From Octopus vulgaris (taxonomy: Eukaryota), in assembly GCA_951406725.2 (NCBI GenBank), contig OX597820.1, positions 8,680,001 through 8,744,000 of the forward strand: a stretch of 64,000 nucleotides of DNA, in the 5' to 3' direction. Positions 12,069 through 25,713 of this stretch are shown piece after piece. The notes below the pieces were generated by a model. That model was not told the DNA's origin. It saw only the letters and a program-made list of their open reading frames with translations, and did not search any database. The position numbers were made by a program, and so were the translations under genes. Each line of letters starts with the position of its first letter. The stretch's first letter is position 1.

Positions 12069-12597
12069 GATCACTTTGCCTCCATGAGGCCCAACGCTCA
12101 AAAGGAACTCTGTCACTTTGCCCCCATGAGGCCCTCAAAAGGAACTCAGTCACTTTGCCCCCATGAGGCCCAACGCTCAAAAGGAACTCGGTCACTTTGC
12201 CCCCATGAGGCCCAACGCTCAAAAGGAACTCGGTCACTTTGCCCCCATGAGGCCCAACGCTCAAAAGGAACTCGGTCACTTTGCCCCCATGAGGCCCAAC
12301 GCTCAAAAGGAACTCGATCACTTTGCCCCCATGAGGCCCAACGCTCAAAAGGAACTCGGTCACTTTGTCCCCATGAGGCCCAACGCTCAAAAGGAACTCG
12401 GTCACTTTGCCTCCATGTGGCCCAACGCTCAAAAGGAACTCGGTCACTTTGCCCCCATGAGGCCCAACGCTCAAAAGGAACTCGGTCGCTTTGCCCCCAT
12501 GAGGCCCAACGCTCAAAAGGAACTCGGTCACTTTACCTCCATGAGGCCCAACGCTCAAAAAGAACTCAATCACTTTGCGTCCGTGAAGTCCAACGTT
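12069..12597. repeat. 42-bp minisatellite, about 12.5 copies
   Basis: Unit ggtcactttgcccccatgaggcccaacgctcaaaaggaactc; one unit has a 7-bp deletion. Confidence 0.97.
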
Positions 12598-12599
12598 CA

Positions 12600-15340
12600 T
12601 AGGTTGATACACTTGGCTTGACGCATCGCCAAAGGTCTCGGTCATTAGCCATTGCCTCTGTGATGTTCAAAGTTCGAAGGTCATGCTTCACCGCCTCGTT
12701 CCATGTCTTCCTGCGTCTACCTCTACGGCATGTTCCCTCTACAGTTAAAGATCGACACTTCTTTACACAACTCCCTTCGTCCATACACATCACATGAGCA
12801 TACCAGTGTAGTCGTTCCTCTTTCACATTACATCTGATTTTTCTTATTCCTAACTTATCTTTCAAGATGCTTATACTCGCATACATGCATCAAACAATCT
12901 GCCTTTCACTCTGAGAGAGAGGCCCTTTGTTGCCAGCAGGGGTAGGAGTTCTCTGAACTTTGCCCAGCCTAATCTTATTATCACAGCCACGCTCTCAAAA
13001 CAACCACCTCCACTACTAGCCTGGTCACCTACATACCGGAAGCTATCTACTACCTCTTGCTTGGCCCCCTGGCAGTTGATGGAGTCTATTTTCTGCCTAT
13101 TTTCAGCATTTGTTGTACCTGTGCACCTTCCACATGCAAAAGTTAGTTTCTTTGTTAACCATTACTTTCATATTGCTGCACCTTTTGTGAGTCCAAAAGC
13201 TTACACTGGGTGCGTCTTATCGAGTCTCTACCTACACCTTTTCTACAGACTGAGCAGGGTCATCTGCCTTTCTACTTACTATGACTTTGGTTTTTGCTAG
13301 GTTAACTCTGAGGCCCTTTGATTCTAGAGCTTGTTTCCATACTTGGAACTTCTTCTCTAGTCCAGGTAATGATTCAGCTATAAGAGCAAGGTTATCAGAA
13401 TAGAGAAACTCCCAGGGGCAGCCTATTTTGAGTTCCTCTGTTATTGCCTGGGGGACTATGATGTACAAGTGGGGTCTGAGCACCGATCCTTGGTGAACCC
13501 CTACTTGTATCCTGAATTCTGCGCTGTACTCATTGCCAACCCTTACCCTAATGGTAGTGTCCCTGTACATAGCTTGTACAGCTCTCACCAACCACTTGTC
13601 TATCCCTAGTTTCCACATTGATTCCCAGAAAAGAGACCAGGAGACCCTGTCAAAGGCTTTCTCCAAGTCAACAAGAGACAAGAACAAAGGTTTATCTTTG
13701 GCTAGGTATTTCTCCTGCAGCTGTCTTACCAGAAACATAGCATCAATGGTGCTTCTACCTGACACAAAAGCAAACAGCATCTCATCTAGATTAACTCTCT
13801 GCCTGATTAGTTGGGTTATGACTCTCTCCGCAACTTTCATCACCTGATCCAACAATTTGATGCCTCTGTAATTATTTCTATCTAAGGCATCACCTTTACC
13901 TTTGTAGCAGTTGACTGATTTACAGGTGGTTCATACAATACAACAGATGGTATGGGCATACTCCTTGCTGAGAAATGGGTGGAGAAGGTCATAGAGGTAG
14001 TTAGAGTAAGCTTTATCATGAACCACCTGATTTACAATACGAATGATTAGACCATAATCCACACCGCTAGATATTTCAAGCATTTCAGCGATGATTCGTG
14101 ATGGGCCGGGGGCTTTCCCTGACTTCATATCCTTAATTGTTTTATCTACCAGGATACTGTTATTTCGGATATCTACTCCCTCAATTGACTCAACATTTGG
14201 AAGACTCTCCTCCTTCCATTCATTCTCCACATTCAGCAGTCTTTCATAATGGCATCTCCAAGCCTCTTTCTTAGCAGACTCATTAAAAGCAAGTGCACCA
14301 TCATCTATGGGGACACATTTCTTTCCTATGACTTACCAGTTCGCTGGTTCTCACATCGCTGAACATAGGAAAACTTCTCTCCTGTTTCTCCCTTGGCTAG
14401 ATATACTTGTATCCTAGCTTCCCTTCTGGCTATGATACAGCCCCCTGCTACCCCCGCTCTTCCAGGCCTGTTTCTTTGTTCTAATGGCCCTGTCTACGCT
14501 ATTGTTCCACCACATTATCCTAAGTCTGGAAGGGACTTTGCACCAGCCACAGATTTGGTCTGTAGCACTTAATAAGCTGTCTTGCAGGAATTCCCAGTTG
14601 CCCTCTATGTCACAAGTTTGTAGCTCCTCCTTCCTCTCATCAAATTTCTCAATTAGGATGTCCCTAAATTCCTGGCCATATGAAGGGTCCTTAAGCTTCC
14701 AGATCAGTCTGCTTCTTGGCATCCTTCTGGCCTGAAGTCTAAAATGCATTTAAGAGAAGCCATGCATCCCGCTGTCTTGTGAGAATGAAATCTATCTGGC
14801 TAGATATGTTATCAGGTGCCCGGCTGGCTTTCTGAAGTTGGTGTTGCAGATCAGAATAATATTTGTATCATAGAACTCTAGTAGCCTAGTTCCCTCTTCG
14901 TTTTGGGAACCAATTCCATGAACACCATGGTAGATACCGGGCTGCCCTACATGCCCATTGAAATCCCCAGCCACGAAGATGAGATCATTGTTACTTGTCT
15001 TGGAGGTAGCCTGCAGAAGAATATCATAAAAGTGGTCCTTCCCTTCATTTGGTAGGCCCGCTTGTGGGGCGTATGCAGATATAATTGTAGCTATACTATT
15101 CTGCAAGACTATCCTGAGCTTAAGCACTCTATCGCATACTCTAACTATCTCTGACCTCCTCCACCCATTTCTCAGCAAAGAGTATGTACACACCACCTAC
15201 TCCGTCACTGTTACCTTCCCAGAAGATTTTATACCTATACGTCTTGCCTGTGAGGAGCCTGGCTGAAGCTCCTCTCCACCTTACCACTTGGATGCAACAT
15301 ACATCAACATGCCTCCTTTCAAGCATCTCTAGAATCTCGT
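12600..15340 (-). mobile_element. Degenerate near-full-length RTE LINE (APE endonuclease + RT)
   Basis: DVCCIQ..RWRG, GDFNGHVG, DLEKAFDRV, VGVHQGSVL, YSDN (YADD position), RGRRRKTW; many frameshifts. Confidence 0.92.
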
Positions 15341-15790
15341 TTACGAAGTTAATTTCAGGATCGTTTAGCATATTAGTAATACAAGTTGAATAAATGAAGA
15401 GAAATGATGAACGATTAAAAAGCGAGAGAATTTCTTAGCGGTCGGACATTTTGCATTGTGATATGATGGTGTCAAATAGCAGGAAATAAGGTTGGAGACG
15501 AAAGCCATGTGATTTATAGCTTTGTAGCCAAGGGTTGGTCAAGGGAATAGAAATAGCAGCAAAGGACAATAGTGAAGTGGAAGAAAAGAAAATGGCTAGC
15601 TTCACCACAAGAAAATCGAAAGATGAGCATGTTAATATTACAATATATATACACATATATAAAAAATACAAAATGGGACAAGAACGCAAAACATCCAAAT
15701 AGACGATACAAAAAACACGGATGGGTCATTCGAAGCCTTTAATCTTCAGTCAAGAACCGGATCATCCTTGCAATTTCGGCTAATATCTAT

Positions 15791-15855
<65 letters not shown>

Positions 15856-18800
15856 AGTAGGTGAATGAATTATCCTATGTTTATCGTCAGCATGGAAAAT
15901 GCACCCTTTATTCCTTCGGAATGAAAATATGCTGTCTTCGAAACATGTGTCGAGAGTAAAGGAATTTTGTTAACATCGTTCGACTCCATTCTTTCATTTA
16001 TATATATATATATATATTTATTTATTTATTTATTTATTGGGGGTGATTGTAAAGATAACATGCAAATATTGAATACACACACATAGTCACAGACTTTAAC
16101 TTAAAGTTTGCTAGTAAGCACTACGCACAACATTGTTTTTCGAAGGAAAAAAAGGTTCAGGATATAAACATTATTTCGTTTTGTTGTTGTTGCTGCTGTA
16201 ATTTTGAAATTAATATTTTCATCATCCTGTTAACCTGGATTAAGGTTCAATGTGTGTCTGTGTAAAACTAATGAGAAATATTAATTCTTTATTTCAAATC
16301 AGTAAAGACAATATCACTGGTAGTGTTTCGATTAGTCTCGCAAACAGGGGAAACAATATGAGAGCTGTTGACGCCTTATTGGACCTCGTTAACATAGTCC
16401 TAATTTCAACAGAGAAGGAGAGAGAAAGTGATGGCTGCAGAGGATCGCAGCAGATGTGTTTAGTAATGTTATGTCTGAGGTGAAACATTTGAACAAAATG
16501 CAAATACTAATCCTTCCTCTCAATGGATTTAAAATCGAGAAACCATATGCGAGCAATGGAATTCCAATAACATCAGTTTTAGACACTGCAGACGACATAA
16601 ATTTGAGGCGATATATGGTCTTGTTTCAAGCACAGTATAACTTGGACTACAAGATGCCAGGTCTTTCTTTTTCATTTTTTTTTTGGGGGGGGGGGGTACC
16701 GTGCGATGTGTTTTCAGGAAGTAAAGTTTGTTTATATACATAAACAACCTGGGGGAGGGTACAAACAGGAAGGGGCAACAAAGAAACGACATTCTTGAAA
16801 TCCCAGAACGTTTCCAAAAATTGTAAAATGGTAATTAATCCAGTTTGATTTTGATTAATCACTTTCGTAAAAATTACTGTAATTTGGGTGAACGTAACTA
16901 TGGAGTTTCTTCCGGTTTGCACCGATTTAATAACTCTACCAGGTTTGGCTGCTATTTCTAGCAGGTTATTTAACTGGCCCCCACATCAAACCTCGAGCAA
17001 TTCTGTAATAAAAGGCCCTCCAGCTGTGACCATGCCGTCTAAGACTACAATATTTCTTAAGATTTAGTTGTTATGTTTGACAGGTTTGTTATGTCTAACC
17101 ACTTGCACCTTACTTCACTGGCAATGTTGTGTTAGTCTACAGACCCGCCACAACCGTAACTCCTGTGTCCCTGTTTCCACCACTACCACAACTGTTACAT
17201 ATACCCGTGTCACCACCGACATCCTGTCGTCGTCGCCGCCACCACCATCACCAACCTGCTCCACACACACACACACACACACGCACGCACATACAGACGG
17301 TGTGTTGAGGAATGTCAACCAAATACCAAATTTATTTCTATTATTAAACGTGAGAGTGGGAGTGAAGGAAGGAATGAACGTAGGAGCGTGAGTGAGAGGA
17401 GTAGGAAAGGGTGGCGGTGAGAGTAAACGAAAGACGAGGAGGGGGAGGGGAGGGGAGTGGTTAAAAAGAAACTTTTTTTTTTTCAAACGCGTAATTTAAA
17501 CTAAACGAAATAAAACACGTAGGTGGTTGTCATTAACATCATCTGAGAGAGAAACCAGTCGATTTAAGTGGCTAGAAACAACAGCGATATCTCCTCCCTC
17601 ACATAACAAAACATTATTTCAAAACAAAAAAAAAAAAACAACAACAAAAAACAATGGACAGTATGATTTCTACGACTTCATTATTTTATATATTGCAAAT
17701 AAAAATTGGGACAGTCACGGGTGGAATGTTTAGATATAGTTTACAAAGTGTGGCGATCTTTCGTTTGTAATTTCACAGTAAGGGAAAATTCGGATAAGGG
17801 ACTCGGGACTCACCTGCTAGAAATAGCAGTGCAATAACCCTCAAATGCCCACGATGGCAATGTAGCTAATTGCGTCGTGGTCGGGGAAAATGATAAACAA
17901 AAATGCATTTGACATGGAGAGTTAAGACTAAAGAAAAAAGATTTACAAAATTATTGTTTATTAATTAATTAATTATTGTTGGAATACAATTAAATAATGA
18001 ATGACACGTTTTACAAATTACTTTTTAAAACTCGTGTGGGGCGCGCGAGGGGGAAGCGTGGCAGAAGCCACTGCTCCAGCTTGTTAAAACCATGAACTTT
18101 ACCACTATTAAACATGCGATGGCCACGGTTGGAATGCATATACGTGATTAATAGCTTTGCTTGATCAGAATTGGTTCGAGATTGACTTTCAGTTAATTAA
18201 ATAATAAAAAAAATAAACAAAAAACTTTAAACTTCTTCAAATAATTTGTGTGTGTGTGTGTGTGTGTGCTTGTATGTACTATCGCCAGTTAGGTATGCTG
18301 GTCCACATGTGTTTGTGGTGAGTGATTTTTTTTTTTTTTTCTCTGGGTTATTTAAATTTGTTCTACATTAATCATATTGACTAATGACACATCTAAAAAT
18401 ACCGCCTGGAAAGGTTCGCGTTAGGCGCGCACGCGTGTGTGGTTACACACCTCCATCGGAGTCGACCTGGGCTTAAACAACAACACAAAAAGTTGAAGAA
18501 AATGTCTTGGTGTCGGAATTTGGCAGGAAAAAAAAGTGAAGTGTCGGGTTTTCTTTTTATTCAGATTAAAATAGGTACAAAACGTAGAGTCGTTAAAAGT
18601 TGGTCATTTATACAAAAATAAACTTTTCAGCAGGATTTTGTTTACTGTTAATTTTTATACTTTTTTTATACTTTTTTATCTTTTGTCGCAAATGTTCGAT
18701 AATGAAGGATCCGTTCATTCATAGTTTCGTTTGATAGAATAATTTTACAAACTCACCATCATTCAACATACTTTATACACAACGGCAATTACCTCACCGG

Positions 18801-19544
18801 TTTTGAAGGGCCTGTGGGTGAAGACCACGGGCCCAGCATCTCCTCCCGTTTAGAAAAAAAAATGTTGTGCAGTTTCTACTGGACAGATTTTGATGCTAGC
18901 GATCTCCACAACAATAAAAAGTAGAAAGATGAGTCAGGTGAAGAGGTGGAGGGCATCAGTGTTAAACGTTAAAGTCTCACCTGACGTGGTCAGGTGAAGT
19001 CATTGATAGACGTGACCAAACAGGAGATAAACGAAACGATGTGAAAGATAACCTGACTTACCGCAAAAACATTCCACCTTGTCATTGTTGTCGTGGATAG
19101 CAACAATAAAACTGACATAAATAAGATGGGTTTTTTTAAGCATTTAAGTTTACACGCACGCACACACGTCTGTGTGTGTATGTGTATATATTCAGTCCAG
19201 CGACTGAAATATACATGCATTCATGTATGTGTGTGTGTGCGTGTTTTCAGTCTGTTCCTTGCTGGAGATAAGCAATCGTTAACAACAAACCCTGACATCG
19301 AAGTGAGTTTAAAAATCATGGTTTTCAACAAACTCTGAATGTACTACTGAGTACCATCTATATATACATATGTATAGGTAACTGGACTGCAACCATGCTG
19401 GGGTACCACCTTTGCGGGTCTACTCATATACAATAACAACATCAATTTGGTATATAGCATATTGATCTCAATTTGTCGAACCGATAGTTCTGGGACATAA
19501 CATGAATACCAAATGTTCTTAAACCGTTGTAAATATAAACACAC

Positions 19545-19575
<31 letters not shown>

Positions 19576-20100
19576 CGCGTGAGTGACGGGCATCGGTACA
19601 GTTTCCGTACCCCAATTCTACCCTCAGAAGTTATAGGTCAACCTGAAGCAGTCGTAGAAGACCTTTGACCAAAAGATCGATTATGGAATCACGTGCTTTC
19701 CAACTGAACTCCAGAATTCCCCTTACATGTGTCTGTAAAATTACAAATATAGAAAAAGAAGATATATTGTGTTGTTGTTGTTTTGGCTGTTGACGCAGAA
19801 AAGTTGTTTGGCCTCAGGTAAATTCATGAGAAACCAAATTTAACTTCAAAAGTTCGATTACCACTTTTTAGGAGTTTTGTTTTGTTCCGTTTGTTTTTTT
19901 TTACAGATTTCTCAGTTAATTTTATGGCATTGGTGGTTTATCAGATTGTAAATTCCAGTAAGAACTTTATTTCCTTTGTTGTAGTGGATAAATAAATTTT
20001 TCTAGTTTAAATATTTCCATAGTATCTTAAATAAACTTCTGCTCCGTCCACGGGGTTAGACAAAGTTCGTGTGTGTGTGTGTGTGTGTGTGTGTGAGTAT

Positions 20101-21120
20101 TTACATGTGCAATTTCTCTCGTAAAGCTCTTATATGGAGTTCAGTAACAAAAATCACAGCAATTAAGACGGGCCAGCCGATGTAAAGGATAAAGGTGAGG
20201 AATTCCCAGACTTTATCTATAAAAATAGCAAACAAAACCATCTGAAGTAAAGCTATGGCTGCGGAGTATCGCCACAACAAAAATATAATAGATGTACTGG
20301 AAGAGTGTAGCAATTCTACCTGAAGAGCAGCTTGTGCGGGATCTTTGATTGGAACTTGGAGGATAGCTGAGAGTCTGGCTACACTTTTGTCCCACATGGC
20401 AGCCGCCAGAAGTAATTGCATACCGAATGAAAAGCAACGAAAAAAGGCCGTGAATTTGCTCACATGTCCATTTTGTTTTTCAGTAATTGTAGCAGCCCCG
20501 TTTGGACTGTCCATCAGTAGGTCAGTTTTTGTCCAAGGTAATGTATTTTGTTGTCTTTTAGAGGGGGGGTTACGGCACAAGTTAACGGCCAGTCCTATAC
20601 AGAGCGCCGTGCCACCAATCGTGTCACACGCACCGTCGATAACGTAACCCACAGAGGAGCGATGCGATTGAAATAAATGCACTTTACCTGCTCTTGCACG
20701 GTAGACTATTCCATCAAGCGTGTCCAACAGACCGTGCATCTGGAAGACCAACACGGCAATCCGACGGGTGTGTAAGGAAGGTGAACTGACGAGTTTACCA
20801 GACAATATAGTGAGGCACATGTGGAAAATACTTATCATGTTTGGAGTAATGAAGTAAAAAACACCACTGAATCCGGTGAGTTCATCAAAAAATTCCATGA
20901 GTGGACTTGTAATCCAGTGGTCGAGCGGATCCGTCATTAGCAGTTTCACGGTAAGAGGACGGAAGGGCGAGTACATGCCGTCGTTCTTTTCGCAGAGTAC
21001 GCTGTTCTGTAGAGTTACGTAGAGGATAATATCCATGACGAGAAAATAAATAGCTACAATGAACAAAACTATGTAAAAAACATGTTTGGAAGTTCGTAAG
21101 TTTGTTGGTAAGTTCGTCAT
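20101..21120 (-). CDS. CDP-alcohol phosphotransferase, ceramide phosphoethanolamine synthase (CPES)-like, 339 aa, uninterrupted CDS
   Basis: D-x2-DG-x3-R ... G-x3-D-x3-D motif (DTLDGIVYR...GYVIDGACD), ITPNMIS, N-terminal TM plus several TM segments, gccaaaATG context; resembles Drosophila Cpes by recall. Confidence 0.88.
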   Translation of the reverse strand: MTNLPTNLRTSKHVFYIVLFIVAIYFLVMDIILYVTLQNSVLCEKNDGMYSPFRPLTVKLLMTDPLDHWITSPLMEFFDELTGFSGVFYFITPNMISIFHMCLTILSGKLVSSPSLHTRRIAVLVFQMHGLLDTLDGIVYRARAGKVHLFQSHRSSVGYVIDGACDTIGGTALCIGLAVNLCRNPPSKRQQNTLPWTKTDLLMDSPNGAATITEKQNGHVSKFTAFFRCFSFGMQLLLAAAMWDKSVARLSAILQVPIKDPAQAALQVELLHSSSTSIIFLLWRYSAAIALLQMVLFAIFIDKVWEFLTFILYIGWPVLIAVIFVTELHIRALREKLHM

Positions 21121-21426
21121 TTTGGCAATTAATTTGTTGGCAAAAAGGGTTTAACATGAGTTGGGGGGGGAGGGGGGGTAAGAAAAGTTTAAAAGTTTAG
21201 AAATCGACGAAGTAAGAGCGACGGAGACGGCAGAGGCCTCTCACAACTTTTGTTGTTTATCGGACACGCAAACTGTTCTGAATGTGAGTGACTCGAGGCC
21301 CACCCTGCCCTCACATCACCAACCACCTCTCTCTCTCACAACTCACTTTACGCCTCCACTTACCTCCTCTTGTTCACATGGCAACACTTACTCACGCACT
21401 GTTTACATTCAGTTATCTCCCATTTG

Positions 21427-21440
21427 TCGCTAGATGGCGG
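21427..21440 (+). promoter_or_regulatory. CTCF-like motif upstream of the CPES-like gene
   Basis: TCGCTAGATGGCGG is close to the CCRSYAGRKGGCRS core; lies at the boundary between unique DNA and a SINE cluster. Confidence 0.35.
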
Positions 21441-22263
21441 GAGCTTATTCTCTGTGAATCAATGAGAAGCATTCAGTTGGACAGAAGGGCTTCTACGGAA
21501 TATCTTCCAAGATCTGCAGCCTGCCAGCTTGATGGGCCATTTACATACAAACCGTTACCCAGACTAAATAAATATATATATATATATAAAAAGCTATGGC
21601 AATTCATATGGATGGAAGCACTCCGTCGGTTACGACGACGAGGGTTCCGGTTGATCCGAATCAACGGAACAGCCTGCTCGTGAAATTAACGTGTAAGTGG
21701 CTAAGCACTCCACAGACACGTGCACCCTTAACGTAATTCTCGGGAATATTCAGCGTGACACAGAGAGTGACAAGGCCGGCCCTTTGAAATACAGGTACAA
21801 CAGAAACAGGAAGTAAGAGTGAGAGAAAGTTGTGGTGAAAGAGTACAGCAGGAATCACCACCATCCTTGCCGGAGCCTCGTGGAGCTTTTAGGTGTTTTC
21901 GCTCAATAAACACTCACAACGCCCGGTCTGGGAATCGAAACCGCGAGTCCGCTGCCCTAACCACTGGGCCATTGCGCCTCCAGGGCAATTCATATATAAC
22001 ACCAACCACAGATCTGCTTGTTTCCTCATCTTTTTTTTACAGCAATTACAACGGCTTCTGTTCCTCTCAACTGGCAAACTATGTCGCAACTCCCTCTTAT
22101 TACTAACTCAGACGCAAGGAGAGAGACCTCAGCATATCGCTGGTACTTTATCTGTTAATGTAAAGCAAAGGACATGACTGCAGCGTAAACAAATTTAATT
22201 TCCACAAAGGTGATCTCAGGTTCAGTGTCTGCTGGCAGAGTTTTATCCTCGTCATTATTATTA

Positions 22264-23380
22264 AGGCGGTGAGCTGGCAGAAGCGTTAGCACGCCGGGCG
22301 AAATGCGTAGCCGTATTTCATTTGCCGCTACGTTCTGAATTCAAATTCCGCCGAGGTCGATTTTGCCTTTCATCCTTTCGGAGTCGATTAAATAAGTACC
22401 AGTTGCGTACTGGGGTCGATATAATCGACTTAAATCTTGTTTGTCCGCTCTGTGTTTAGCCCCTTGTGGGTAGTAAAGAAATAGGTATTTCATCTGCCGC
22501 TACGTTCTGAGTTCAAATTCCACTGGGGTCGACTTTGCCTTTCATCCTTTCGGGGTCGATTAAATAAGTACCAGTTACGCACTGGAGTCAATGTAATCGA
22601 TTAAACCCCTTCCCCCAAATTTGAGGCCAGTAGAAAGGATTATTATTTTTATTATTATAAGGCGGCGAGCCAGGCAAAATTCGTCTGTCTTTACGTTCTG
22701 AGTTCAAATTCTGCTGAAGTCGACTTTGCCTTTCATCCTTTCGGGATCGATAAATTAGGTATCGGTGTAATCGACTAGTCCTCCTCTCCCACCAAAGTTG
22801 TGCCTTTAGTAGAAAGGATTATTATTATTATTATTATTATTATTATAAGGCAGTGAACTGGCAGAATCGTTAGCACGCCAGGCGAAATGCTTTACATTCT
22901 GAGTTCAAATTCCCCTAAGGTTGACTTTACCTTTCATCATCCCAGGTTCAATGAAATAAGTACCAGTTGAGTAATGGGGTCGATGTAATTGACTTATCCC
23001 CCACCGCAAAAAAATGTTCAGGCCTTTAGTAGAAAGGATTGTTGTTGTTGTTGTTGAATATCCACTTTTCCATGTTTGCATGGGTCACAAGAAATTTATT
23101 GATGCAAGCTTTCTACGGCCAGGTGGGCGGCTTCCTGTAGCCATTCTCCCCTTAATTCTGTGAAAGGTAATATTTACTCAAGACCAGATATGCGAGCTGG
23201 CAGAAACGTTAGCATGCCGGGCGAAATGCGTAGCTGTATTTCGTCTGCCGTTACGTTCTGAGTTCAAATTTCGCCGAGGTTGCCTTTGCCTTTCGTCCTT
23301 ACGGGGTCGATAAATTAAGTACCAGTTACGCACCGTTTGTCCCCTCTGTGTTTAGCCCCTTGTGGGTAGTAAAGAAATAG
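22264..23380 (+). mobile_element. Cluster of SINE family B copies. Others at about 25160-25355(-), 26560-26963, 27745-27948(-), 51960-52184, 52744-52969, 53600-53785, 57767-58300
   Basis: gagctggcagaa..gttagcacgcc head; gagttcaaattcc B-box; gcctttcatcctttcggggtcgataaa core; often internally multimeric. Confidence 0.88.
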
Positions 23381-25713
23381 AAGACTGGAAACAACCGTGT
23401 TTGTACAATGGTGATACACATTTACAGAGTCAATGTGAAGGACACACAAAGCACCACACACGTGGAAGAGGTAGACATAGGAAGACATAGGATGAGGTGG
23501 TGAAGCATGATCTTTGGACGTTGGGTCTCACAGAGGCAATGACAAATGATCAAGACCTTTGGCAGTTTGCTTTGCTTGAGAAAACTTGTGGACAGTGCCA
23601 GTGAAATGTAAAATGCACCCATGATGGTGACACATAAAAGACATCCACTAACATCCGTAGAGTCTCTGGTGTTAGGAAGGGCATCCGACCATAGAAACCC
23701 AGCCAAAATCAGACTGCAGCCTGGCACAGCTCTCCAGTTCACCAGTTCCAGTCCAACTGTCTAAACCATTTCAGCATGGGAAACGGACACTAAATGATGA
23801 TAATGATGATGTAGGCATGGCTGTGTAGTAAGTTTGTTTCTCAGCCCCATGGTTCTGAGTTAAGTTCCACTGCATAGCACCTTTGGCAAATACTTTCGGT
23901 TATAGCCTTGGGCCGATAGAAGAAACTTGCTCAAGCTTCCACACAGTGGCATTGAACCCAAGACTACATAGTTGGGAAACAAGCTTCACAAAGACATTTG
24001 GTTGTAGATAATTGCTGAGACCTTTGTGGAAGAAGGACCATTCGAGTTCCTTTCTTATAATCAGGAGAAAAAAGCAGTGTCCAATAACCGTTTGCAGGAC
24101 CAGCAACATTCATAGAAGAAAGAAAAGTATCCACAACCTGGGCAGCTGAGCCAAGAACCAAGCAACAGATTCAGTCTGCTCCATTTACGACCACCACCAC
24201 CTCCTGCCACTGGTCACTGGTCAGCAGATAACCTCCTCTCACCAATTACTATCATCCTACAAAAGAATCCAGCCACTGACCACTAATAATAATCCCATCT
24301 ACTATAGACACAAGGCCAGCAATTTTGAGGGGAGGGGGACTAACCTATTGCATCAACCGAAGTGCACAACTGGTACTTATTTCATTGAACTGCAAAAGGA
24401 TGAAAGAATTCCAACTCAGAACATTTGGCCTGCAAGAATTGCTAAACATTTGTCTGCCAACTTGAATGCCTTCTCTCAATAATAATTCTGACACAAAGCC
24501 AGAAATTTTAGGAGGGGAGGTAAGTCCACTACATCCACTTCAATGCATAACTGGTATTTGATTCTATCAACCTCGAAATAATTGAAAGGCAAAGTTGATC
24601 TAAACAGAATTTGGACTCAGAATCTAAACAGCCGTAAGAAATGTCAAATGTCACAAAGCATCCTCATCAAACCTCTTATGACTCTGCTAACTCACTTGTC
24701 TTTAATGTTTTCAAAATTTGGCACAAGGCCAGCAATTTTGAGGGGAAAGTAAAAGTCAATTTACATCAATCTCAGTACATAACTGGTACCTTATCCTATC
24801 AACGCCAAAACAAAAAAAAAAAATGGAAGCTGACTTAGGCAGAGTTTGAACTTAAAGCAGAGTCACAGAATCTACAAGAGATTCTAGCCGATGCTCTACA
24901 ACTCACTCCCTTCTTCAACAGTAAAGTCTTATCAAACGGTTTCTCACTCTCTGCCTCCTCCTCCACCTTTTCAATTCATTTCTCCTTCCCCCTACAACTG
25001 AGATTCACCATGTCTGTCTGTTAGTCACTCTCTTTGCGGGTTTTCAGAGATTAGTGGTGAGAGACGTTTAGAGTAGCGTTTCTTGTATTAATGAGAAACC
25101 TACCACCCAGGCATCCCTGATTCACCCTTTATTCATTTTCTGGTAGTAAGAGAGTATACCTATTTCTTTATTACCCACAAGGGGCTACACATAGAGGGGA
25201 CAAACAAGGACAGACATAGGTATTAAGTTGATTACATCACACACACACACCCCCCCGGTGCGTAACTGGTACTTAATTTATCGACCCCGAAAGGATGAAA
25301 GGCAAAGTCGACTTCGGCAGACGAAATACCGCTAAGCATTTCGCCCGGCGTGCTATAAGAGAGTATACCCTGACACTTCACCTCTATCTTTCGTTTCCAA
25401 CTAGGATAGCCATGTGTCTACAAGACACCTGTTCTTTGCCCTGCTGTCACAGATTAACCCTCTCAACCCTGCACCTCATCTCAGTTGAGGGATCTTTCCA
25501 TGCCGGTTACTTGGTGATCTTCTTAGTGCTCAGTTCACTGTGTAAAGTGGTCGGCATTAGGAAAGGCATCCAAAACAAACATCAGAGTTTTATGTTGGTC
25601 AATGGCTCATTTGATCTTTGTCAACCCATCCAACCCACACCAGCATAAACGACAAGCATTAAATAATGATGCAGAAGCAAAAGAATTCCAAAGTATAATT
25701 AATTCTTTCTTAA

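Noticed and set aside
12045-12645. Repetitive ORFs (MRPNAQKELGHFAP)n and a CRISPR-like look
   Set aside because: Head-to-tail 42-bp units with no unique spacers and no cas genes; open frames follow from unit length and composition
13232-13855. 207-aa reverse transcriptase ORF as a functional gene or retron-like system
   Set aside because: Fragment of a frameshifted RTE LINE; catalytic YADD reads YSDN
15725-15785. Minus-strand GAAA and CTGAAGA suggesting another hammerhead
   Set aside because: Could not build stem III with a valid cleavage triplet; at best a degenerate relic
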